Below, in pieces: positions 20,100 to 29,800 of a stretch of 64,000 nt of DNA (the stretch's first letter is position 1; every line of letters begins with the position of its first letter). The DNA is from Lentisphaeria bacterium. GTDB taxonomy: Bacteria > Verrucomicrobiota > Lentisphaeria > JABSQK01 > JAWLHB01. The notes beneath the pieces are model-generated. The model did no database searches. It was not told the origin of the DNA and saw only the letters and a program-made list of their open reading frames with translations. The stretch lies in contig JAWLHB010000004.1 in NCBI GenBank assembly GCA_041690595.1, positions 186,001-250,000 of the forward strand, given 5' to 3'. A program made the translations under genes and the position numbers.

Positions 20100-22322
20100 T
20101 CAGCCGCCGGCCAGTTTTTTCTGAATGACGGGCAGGAATTTCTGTGCCTGAGCCGCGTACTTGGAGCTGGGATATTCATTGAGGAGCTGCTGAAGCTTGG
20201 ACATGGCAAGCTCGAAATCGCCCATACGATAGGCGGCGATGACCCATTTCAGCAACATCGTGTCGAGGAAACTGGCATCGGGATAATCCTGAAAGACGCG
20301 GTCCATGAGTTCGGCGGCGCGGCGATAGTCGCGTGCGGAGATATAGAAATTGGCGATCTTTTCGAGTGCTTCTCCGGCAAAGGGGGAGCCGGGATAGGTC
20401 TCGGCGCAACTCTTGTAGGAGAGCATCGATTGACTGAGGTCAGCCGGGCGGCCGCCGTAGGCATGGGTTTCGGCGTACTTCTCCTGGACTTCGGCGATGC
20501 GGAACTGGGCTTCAGCCTTCAGATCGGACTTCGGCAGGCGGATGATGGCATTGAAGATGTTGATGGCCTCGTGGAAGTCGCGCGGGTCGGTCATCTTGGC
20601 CATGCCGATCTTCAGGAGGGCCTGATCGACGAGGGTGGAGTCAGGGAAGAGCTGGGTAAGGGTGCGGCAGACGTTGATGGCTTCGCGGAGGCGATCCTGG
20701 ACAAGGAGCAGATCCCACTTGACGCTGAATGCTTCCTCCACCACCGAGCGATCAAGACTCGCCTTCAAGCTGAGGCCGATCACCTCTTCGACGCGTTCGA
20801 GACCCTGTTCTGACTTCTCCTTGGCGATATCCATCAGCCCGACTTCCTTGAAGATGCTGCCAAGGCGCAGGAAGATCTTGGCTTCGATCAGGTTCTTGCG
20901 GGCTTTGAGGTCGACAGAGTCGACGACACGATGCTCGATCTTGACGTCCTGGATCTCGCCGATGAGCATCTTGGCGGTGGTGCTGACGTGGCGTGGATCG
21001 GGGCCATCCATGTGGCGTTCGTCTTCATACTCCATGACGATCTGGTCGCCCTTCATGGCGGAGAGGGTGTCGTCCGCGGAGTCGATGATGGCGCCTTCCG
21101 CGGCAACCTTCGGCATAACGGTGCCGACGAAGAGACCGGTGTGTGGGCCCGTCTCGGTAAGGGTCACGGAGAGCGTGTCGCGCACCTCGTATTCTTCCTC
21201 CCTCTCGCTCAGGTCGACTCCGCCCAAGGAGCCCTCTTCTTCCTTCTTTTCGAGCTTGTAGCGGGTGCTGACCTTCACCAGGATGGTGTCGGGGTTGCTG
21301 GAGACGTCACGGTCCATGTCCTTGACGCGCAGGAAGCAGTCGGCATCGCCGAAAACACCCTGGACGTATTCGCGGTAGGCGCCATCGGTGAAGCCGATGG
21401 AGGCGGTGGAGACGAGCTTGATCCTGGCGGATAATTCCTGATGGCGCTTGCCGGATTCGGTGTTATCGTCGACATAGGCAACCGAGACGGTATCGGCGCC
21501 GATGAACTGAAGGATGCCGTCGCCGGGAACGGGAGCGCCAGGGGCGGTAGCGAGGGATCCGATGTAGTACTCGCCGCTCTGGCCGAGAACTTCCAGGGTG
21601 ACGGTCTCTTCGTCGCCATGCTCAGTGGTGAGCCTCGCCTTGGGGCTCTCCTGTTCATTGAGCAGGACGACGAGGTCGCGGTCAAAAATCTTGACATAGA
21701 GCCGCTGTCCAGATTCGGCGCGAACGGAACCTTCGACATTGGTGGGGACGCTGGTGCCGACCATCTTGAGCGCTTCGACAGCCTTGGCCCAGCGGCCCAG
21801 CTTGAAGTGGCACTGGCCGATGTAGTAGTAAGCCTCGTTGGCATAGACACTCCACGGGTATTCGGTGGTCACTTTGCGAAGCGACATGAAGGCTTTGTCG
21901 AAGCTGTTCATGTAGTAGTGACAGATGCCGACCTGATAGAGTGCTTCCGCCTGTTCGTCGACGTCTTCCGATTCCTGTACCTGGCCGAACTGCTTGATCG
22001 CCAGGTCGAAGTTGCGGGTGTCGACGTAATACTTGCCGAGGGCGAGAAAGGCCTGGAAGCGTACCTTGGACTTGGGGAACATGCGCGGGATCGAGGAGAT
22101 GAGTTTGACGCCGGGCTCTTCCTGCTTGACTTCGAGAAGCTCTTGTCCGCGCTTGAGCATCTGAAAGGCTTTGTAGTCCATCTTGGCTTCTTCGGAGAGC
22201 TGTTCCGGGCGCCGGCGCGGCTCGCGGGCCGCATCGGAGACAAGTGGCAGGAGCAGCGAAGCGGTAAAGAGCAGAGCGGCGCCGAAGCGCATCATACAGC
22301 GGGCTGGAAACGGAGTAGTCAT
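20100..22322 (-). CDS. Exported TPR protein with two central Ig-like beta-repeat domains
   Basis: Signal peptide (..RFGAALLFTASLLLPLVSDA); YbgF/BamD-type TPRs (FPKS, YPWS, FPDS, YPGS, YPSS); start uncertain between 22343, 22322 and 22295. Confidence 0.8.
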   Translation of the reverse strand: MTTPFPARCMMRFGAALLFTASLLLPLVSDAAREPRRRPEQLSEEAKMDYKAFQMLKRGQELLEVKQEEPGVKLISSIPRMFPKSKVRFQAFLALGKYYVDTRNFDLAIKQFGQVQESEDVDEQAEALYQVGICHYYMNSFDKAFMSLRKVTTEYPWSVYANEAYYYIGQCHFKLGRWAKAVEALKMVGTSVPTNVEGSVRAESGQRLYVKIFDRDLVVLLNEQESPKARLTTEHGDEETVTLEVLGQSGEYYIGSLATAPGAPVPGDGILQFIGADTVSVAYVDDNTESGKRHQELSARIKLVSTASIGFTDGAYREYVQGVFGDADCFLRVKDMDRDVSSNPDTILVKVSTRYKLEKKEEEGSLGGVDLSEREEEYEVRDTLSVTLTETGPHTGLFVGTVMPKVAAEGAIIDSADDTLSAMKGDQIVMEYEDERHMDGPDPRHVSTTAKMLIGEIQDVKIEHRVVDSVDLKARKNLIEAKIFLRLGSIFKEVGLMDIAKEKSEQGLERVEEVIGLSLKASLDRSVVEEAFSVKWDLLLVQDRLREAINVCRTLTQLFPDSTLVDQALLKIGMAKMTDPRDFHEAINIFNAIIRLPKSDLKAEAQFRIAEVQEKYAETHAYGGRPADLSQSMLSYKSCAETYPGSPFAGEALEKIANFYISARDYRRAAELMDRVFQDYPDASFLDTMLLKWVIAAYRMGDFELAMSKLQQLLNEYPSSKYAAQAQKFLPVIQKKLAGG

Positions 22323-22347
22323 AGTAGTCTTGATCCTTGTCATCCTG

Positions 22348-23898
22348 TCATTCGACGACGGCGCCGCCGGTGTCGATACCATACTTTTCGAGTAACTGGT
22401 GAGCATTGGAGGCTTCCGGGGCCCCAGGGTAAACATTGAGAATGCGCCGGGCATGAGCGATGGCCTGCTTCTGGTCGCCGGACTCCTGGTAATAGGCGGT
22501 CTTGTACCAGGCGGCTCGGGCGGCATTGTCGGGGAAGCTGCCTTCGATTTCGGAGAGGACTCCAAGCGCTTCCTTGAGCTTGCCGGCGCGCTTGTAGCAT
22601 TCGGTAATGGCCCACAGGTTGTCGGGCGGATTGTTCATCTGCTGGTAGAGTTCGATGGCCTTCGTGTAGTCATTGAGGCGATCGCGGTAGACCCAGGCAC
22701 GCTGGGCGAGGGCGCGGCGCGCCCACTCTTCGCTGTTCATGCCTTCGACAGCTTTGAGGCGCTCAACCGCCGCCTGCCACTTGCCCTGGCCGGCGAGGAC
22801 TTCGTATTCCTTATAGGCGGCGTGGGGCGGTTCACTCATGAAGGAGATGCAGTAAAGTGCCTGGTCGTAGTCGGCAGCCTCGCGAAGTCGATCGGAAAGC
22901 CAGGCGAAGCGGTCATTGCGCAGCTTGTCGTCTTCGATCTTCTTGCTCATGGGGATGACGGTGCTTTCGAGAATCTGTTTGGTTTCATCCCGGTCGCGGA
23001 GGCGATGCGCGGCAAAAAGCAGGAGGTTGTGATAGTAGCGCCAGGGATCGTCAACCGCTTCATACCACGACTTCTGCTTTTTGAACCAGGCGTAGAAAGC
23101 TTTCATGTCCTGATCGCGCTTCTCGCGATTGAAGTTGGTGTAGACGCCATCCCAGTCGGTGTGAAAATATCGATAGGCAAGTTGCCAGGCCTCTTCCGCC
23201 ATCCACTTGCGATGCTTGGTATCTTCCTGATTCTCGGGGGTCAGCAGCCATTGCTCGTAACTGACGAAATCCTGATTCTTGATGTAGTAGGAGGTGATCT
23301 TCTCGCGGGCAATGGCTGCCTCGGCGGCATTGGTCGTGCCGAAATCGCGGACCACCTGCTTGTAGTAGCGGATGGCTTCGGGGTAGGATTCGTTCTTCCA
23401 GGCATTATCGGCGACATGGCGCAAGGCGCCCGCGGCAAGCGGATGCACCTGGTAATCCTGGTCGTCGATCATCTCCTTGAGGAGCATCATGCCCTTGCGC
23501 TGCTCGCCGTTCTCGATATTGGCGATGCCCATGAAGTAGAGTGCCGGGGCGGCATCCTCGACGACATCGCCGAAGTAATCGAGTACTTCGCTGTAGGTGC
23601 GGATGGCGGCGTTGCGGTGCTTGCTCTGATGCTGGCTGTAGCCGATCATGAAGACAACGTAGGGCAGCAGATCGCTGTCGGGGAACTGGATCTTGAACTT
23701 CTCGAACTCCGCGGCGGCGGCTTCGAAATTGCTCTCCTTGAGCATCTTGGCCGCCTTCTCGTACTGGGCACGCTGAAAGGCGTTGAGACGGCGGAATCGT
23801 TCATTCGGCAGTTCCCATGTCCAGCGATTGGCCATAAGGCCCGGCGTGGCAATGAAGAATGCCAACAGCAGGCAAATGAATCCGGTAGGGCGCATCAT
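22348..23898 (-). CDS. Exported all-TPR protein
   Basis: Start MMRPTGFICLLLAFF overlaps upstream stop (TGATG); repeated TPR patterns (A...F.K...QFPDS; ALY.MG.A; YP..PEA). Confidence 0.85.
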   Translation of the reverse strand: MMRPTGFICLLLAFFIATPGLMANRWTWELPNERFRRLNAFQRAQYEKAAKMLKESNFEAAAAEFEKFKIQFPDSDLLPYVVFMIGYSQHQSKHRNAAIRTYSEVLDYFGDVVEDAAPALYFMGIANIENGEQRKGMMLLKEMIDDQDYQVHPLAAGALRHVADNAWKNESYPEAIRYYKQVVRDFGTTNAAEAAIAREKITSYYIKNQDFVSYEQWLLTPENQEDTKHRKWMAEEAWQLAYRYFHTDWDGVYTNFNREKRDQDMKAFYAWFKKQKSWYEAVDDPWRYYHNLLLFAAHRLRDRDETKQILESTVIPMSKKIEDDKLRNDRFAWLSDRLREAADYDQALYCISFMSEPPHAAYKEYEVLAGQGKWQAAVERLKAVEGMNSEEWARRALAQRAWVYRDRLNDYTKAIELYQQMNNPPDNLWAITECYKRAGKLKEALGVLSEIEGSFPDNAARAAWYKTAYYQESGDQKQAIAHARRILNVYPGAPEASNAHQLLEKYGIDTGGAVVE

Positions 23899-26800
23899 CA
23901 ATTCTCCTTCTCCGCGACGCGGATCATCTGCTCGTCGGTAAGGCGGCCGCGGGCGTACTTGGCCCATTGCGTCTCGGGGTAATCCCAGGTGAGTTTCTTG
24001 AATGACTGGTACGACTTGGCGTACTCGTTCATCTGGTAGTAGGAGTCCCCCAGCCAGTACATGCCTTCGGAACGCAGCTCCTTCTCGTCCTGATAGTCGG
24101 AGATGAGCTTGTTCAGAAGGAGTGCGGCGGTTTCGAAGTCCTTCTCCTTGATGTGGCACTGTCCGGCAAGGAAGAGGGATTTGGGGGCAAGCTCGTGGGT
24201 GCTGTTCTTCTCCTGGAAGTTGCGGAAGATCTTGCCGGCGACGCCATACTTCTCCTGCTGGTAGTAGTGGCTGGCGAGCCGGATGATCGCATCGGCAACG
24301 AGGCTGTTGTCTGGGTAGACGTAAGTGAGGCGAACGTACTCTTCGCAGGCCTGATCGAAGTTCTCCAGTTTTTCGAGGCAGAGGGCCTTCTTGAACTGGG
24401 ATCGGGCGGCGTATTCGGACTCTGGCCAGGTGCGGATGACATGGCTGTAGCGGCCGATGGCTTCCTGATAGTTCTCAAGCTCCTGGGCCAGGTTGGCCAA
24501 CAGGTACTCACCCTGGGAGGCGAGCGAGGTATCGGGATAGTCGCGCATCGCTTCTTCGAGGATGTTCTTGCCTTCCGCGATATGCTGGGCCGCCAACTCC
24601 TCCTGCTTGAGGGTGCGGTTCTGCTTGGCCATCTCGAAGAGGGCTTCCGCCATCAGGAAGCGCGTTTTGACTGCCATCTCGGGATCCTTGAAGGACTTCG
24701 AGAAACTTGCCAGCTGTGCATCGCTTCCGTAATGGATTCGCGCTTTCTCGATGACCGTCCCCGGCTCATTGGAATAGAGCGGCAGGGGGTCGACGTAGGC
24801 AATGTCCACTTCATCACCAAAGGCGACCTGGAGTTGATCGTCCGCGAGGTTGGGAGTGGGCGCCTGTCCGCCGGCACCTTCACCAAGGAAGACCGGTTTC
24901 ACCGAGCCGGTGAAGATGCCGGAGTGGGGAAGTGTTTCAGTGAGGGTCGTGGTGATGCTGTCGCCGGTGCCGGCGGTCAAGGTGATCTCGATGGCGTCCT
25001 GTTCATTGGTGTGATCACGATCGGGATCGGTGACCTTGATGTAGAAGCTCTCGCCAAGATAGATGGAGCGATTCTGCACGACGTACGTGCGTTCGAGCAG
25101 CTCGATGCGACCGTTGGAGCGCAGGTGGACGGTCTGCGTGTTCAAGTCGTTGCCCTGATCGTCCTTTACGGAGAGCCTTAGCGTATCGGCACCCGAGACG
25201 AGGAGGGTGGGGACACGATAGTAGAAGCCGTCCTCATCGTCGCTGCGCTGTTCCTGGGTGGTGAATTCCTTCTCCCCGCTGACGACGAGATCGTCAAGGA
25301 CATCGCCGGGGCTGCCGACTTGCAGCCGCAGGACCCCGCCGAACATGCCGTCGGTGAGCATGTCGTTGCGATCGCGTCGCTGACTGCTCTGCAACTGCAG
25401 CTTGTAGCCCTTGATGCGGGCCAGCTCGTCAATGCCGAAGATATGAAGGGGCACATCGAGGGGCTTGGGCTGGCGCCCTTCGGCCGTGGCGGCCTGGACC
25501 TCGGACTCGGCCAGCACGGAGAGGGTCATGGTACTGCCGGCATGGCGGGCGAGGTTGGGGTAGACAACCTCCAGCAGAAGGGGTGCATTGACGTCGACAA
25601 TGACGGATCCGTCCTCCTTGATCATCTCCTGCGGTTGTACGCCGCCGGTGGTGTAGTCGGGGTGGCGGGCGACGATGCGCGGGGTCATCAGGATGGCGTC
25701 GCGGTATTGCTTGCGGAGGCGATCGCGCTTGACCAGCGCCTCGGGCGAGTCATCCTCGACGAGGGTGGTGCTGGTGCGATAAATGACGAACTCCGGTTTG
25801 CTGCTGCCCCCTTCGCGCATGGAATAGGTGCGCTCGATCGGGATGCCGGGGCTGGTGTTCTCGCGATCGAGATAACTGACGGTAATGACATCGCCGGACT
25901 TGACGCCGATGGTGTCGCCGCCGGTCGTTGCACCAATCTTGAGGATGGCCTGAAAGCGGCCGGCATGGGGGTGCCATTCGTCACCGTAATTGGGCATGGT
26001 CTCCAGAGCCTTGAGTTCAAGCTTTTCACCGCTGGAGGTAGTGACGGTAACAGGGACGGTGTCACGCTTGTCACTGACATCGGCATCGTACTCGTCAATG
26101 AGGACGACGACCTGATCGCCGATCTGGCACCGCCTGGCGTCCTGATAGCGGACCATGCGGACATCGTTGTAGTCGGTATAGAATTCTTCATTGGCCATGG
26201 CGATGGAGCCGTTGTGGTATTGGCTGTTGAGATCCGCTGTCAACTCCGGCGTTTCATCGCGCAGCCGTTTTTCGTCCATGTAGGAGACGGTAACAATATC
26301 GCCGGGGGCAATTTCAAGCTGACGGTTGTCGATGGCGCTGGTGAAATCTTCGGCGGTCGGGACAATGGCTTCACCCTTTGCATTGACGATGCCGAAGGCT
26401 TTGACGCTGATGTCGGCGGTGCTGAAATCCTCGAAGACCCAGCGGAGGCGACGGAGGCGGCGGGAGTTGATGAGGTCGGCGGTCAAGCGATTCTCGGCGA
26501 TCTCGAGCTTGGCGGCAGGCTTGAGATACTCTGCCAGCTCCGGGTAAGTCTGGGGGTTGAACCATTCGTCGGGGAGGTTGCCATAAGTGCCGTCGTCCTG
26601 GCGGAACTGGACTTGGAGGCCGGAGCCGCCCCAATGATCCCGGTTGAGCACGCGCAGGGTGTGAACCCCCTTGGTGAGGGCGACACGGCGGGCCCGCTGG
26701 ATGGTATTGTCATCCATGTAGCCGCCGAGAACCATCTCGTTGTCGATGAAGAGCCAGGTGTACTGCCAACGGTGGGGCGGGGGGGTGTGGGTGAAGCGCA

Positions 26801-29800
26801 GTTCGATGGTGCGGTTTTCGGGAAGATAGAAGGCGGTGCGCATCTGTGAGGTGTACCAGGACTGGTGTGGCCAGGGTGATTCATTGCGGTTGAACGTAAG
26901 CCCCTTCTGGCGCCACCTGGCAGTTGGGGCGACGCGCAGGTAGGAGGAAATCTGATCCGCGGTATGGCCATTCTGATTGTAGGCCATGGTCACTTCCACG
27001 GGCAGGAGCTTCTCCTCCGGCTCGCCCTCGCCGGGAAGATAGAGGCTGCCCTGGGGGATCCACTCTTTCTGCTGGCTGGGGCTTTCCCAGGAGAGATTGA
27101 GGATGGCATCGCCATTGCGGTCGTAGGACTCGAGGACAAAGTCAACCAACTCGCCGGCCTTCATCTCCACTTCGCCGACAGCTTCACGGTGGCCGGAATT
27201 GCGCCACTCGTCGATGAGGGTCTTGCCGCCGACTGTGAGGCGGATGCCGTCGTCGCTGTAGACATAGAGTTTGTACGTTTCCGAGAAACGGGGGCGCAGG
27301 CGGCCGGTGACCTTGACTTCCTTCTGGCCATCAGAGCCCTCGGGGAAGGGACGGCCGTTGCGGCGCCAGTCAAAGGTGACCATCGGTTCAACGCGTTTGG
27401 CGAGGGTGCGGACAGTATCGCTGCGCAGGTTGGCCCAGACGTCGCTGGTGCTCGGGAAGTTTATCTGCGCGTCGACGCGGGTGATGACAGGCTGCAGCTC
27501 CTCGATGACCGGCATGCTGGCGGGGGTGCCTTCGATGCGGCAGTAGATGGCCTGCAGACCGGGCTGGCGGGCGTTCTCGTCTCCGTGAACGAGCATGCTT
27601 TCCGGGACGAGCTGCCGCTCCAACCCTGGGCCGGCGATGTGCAGCATGAGCCCGGAGCCGCCGTCGCCCTGGTAGTAATCAAGTCGTAGCGGGTGATCGC
27701 CGGCGGTCAATTGCAGCCTGGCGGTCTTTTCTTCCATGCCGTGGAGGCGGTCGTTATCAATGGCCAGCTTGTCGTCGAGATAGAGCATGGAGCCGTCATC
27801 AGAGGTGAGATAGAGGGTGTAGTCGCCATCCTGAGGGATGCGGAGATAGCCGGAGTAGCGGGCGGCGAAACGGGTGGCGAAGCCGCCGGTGCCAGCGTAC
27901 TCGACAACGACGCCGGAGCCACCGTACTGGCGCTCTTCGGGCCAACTCGCCAGCGGCTGGTAATCGTCGCTCAGCATCCCCATGAGGGTGACCCTCTTGA
28001 CAGTGCTGACATCGGGCATCTCGATCCATGCCTGCTTGACCTCCGCGGAGGTCATGGTGTCCACTTCGACCCACTTGGGTTTCTTGCCATCGGCAAGGCT
28101 CGCCCAGGTGCCGTCCTTGTTGCTGTTGATCATGACGCTGGGGTCACGGTCCTCACGGGTGTCGGAGACGATGGCCTTGGGGAAGGGAATACCGGTCGGT
28201 ACTGCGCCGCGGAAGATGCCGGTATGCTCGCCCGTCTCCGTCAGTTCGAAATTCTCGAGGACATCGCCTGAGACGGTTTTGAGGGTAACGGCGATCTTGT
28301 CCTTTTCGGCGGTAATGTCCCGGTCGAAATCGCGAACCTGGACATGGACGGGGTTGCCGGGGCGAATGGTGTTGGGGTTGCGGAAGTAGTACTGCTCGCG
28401 GCGATTGGCGCGAGTCTCCAACATGCGCTGCTGGAGCCGTCGCTGCTCCTCCTCTTCCTCGGAGAGGATCTCGCCGGAGCTGGCGACGAGTCTGGCATCG
28501 GACTTGACCACCAGTTCCTTGGGAGGATACTGGATATCGTTGGCCGTCTGAAAGTCTGGAGCGATGACGTAGCTGACGATATCGTCACCGGCGAGTTCGA
28601 GGCGGAGATTGTTCTTCTGGACGGCGCCGAGGCTGGTGGCGATTACGCCGGAGAAGAGATTGCGGTTGGTGGGGCTGGGGAGGAGCTTGATGCTTTCCTC
28701 ATCACCGCGGGTCGTGCGGATGATGACAGGGATGGCGCCCTTTTCGCGGGCGACGGCGAGGTTACTGTCCTGCAGCTTGAGGGTGAGGTCGCGGCCGGGT
28801 ATGGCGACGGTGCTGAGGCGGGGATTGCCGACAGGCACCTCGGTATGCTGGAGCCCGCCAGGCAGGCGCAGATTCAGTTCGCCTTCCAGGAATGCGGCTT
28901 CGACATGATTGACGACTCGCTCCTTGACCTTGTTCAGGAAGGCATCGGCTTCCTTGAACTGCTCCTGATCGAACATGAGCTTGGCAAAGAGATAGTAGGC
29001 TTCCGCCTGAACGCGCACATCTTCGATGTTGATGAGGCGTTCGAGGTGCTGCTCGGCGGTGGCGTAGTTCTTGGTCAGGATGAGCAGCTCGATGAGTCTG
29101 AACTGGGCCTTGAAGCCGGCGCGGGTGTGGGTGAATCGCTTGTTGTTCATGAGGGCCTGGTACTCGATGCGAGCGGCCTGATAGTTCTCCATGTCACGGT
29201 AGACATCGCCCTTGGTGAGGGAGACGCCGGCCGCCACTTCGGGATCGAGATCGTTCTCCTGAAGCAGGACCATGAAGGAGAACTGCAGTGCTTCGTCGAG
29301 CAGCTTCTGCTTGCGCATCTGCTCGATGGTCCAGGCGATGTAGATCTGATCGAGGCTCTGCCAGACTTCCGGGAGAAGCTTGAGCTTCGCGGAGGTGAGA
29401 TCCCAGGCTTTGGCTTCGTTGCCGAGGGCGTACTCGAAGGCGGCCTGCTGCAACGCGTAGGTTGGATCGTTCTTGTTGACCGTGACGACGCCGAGCATGT
29501 GCTGCGAGGACTTGGCCTTGAGGATGGCGATCTGCTTGAGGATGTCATCACTGGGCGCGCCCTCCTTCTGCAGCGTATCGACGAAGATGAACGCGAGCTC
29601 ATGAGCGCCGACATTCTCGAGTGCGGAGTGGAGGGGGAGAATGTAGCGATGATAGTTGGAGTCCCAGTTGCTGTTGCTCTTCATGTTTCGCGCATACCAG
29701 TTGAGCACCTGGGCCAGCCTGGACCAGTCCGCGGTCTGCATAAGCTGATTGGCGCGCGTTTCGGCGAGCTGGAAGAAGTTAACGAAGTGCCCCCAGGCGT

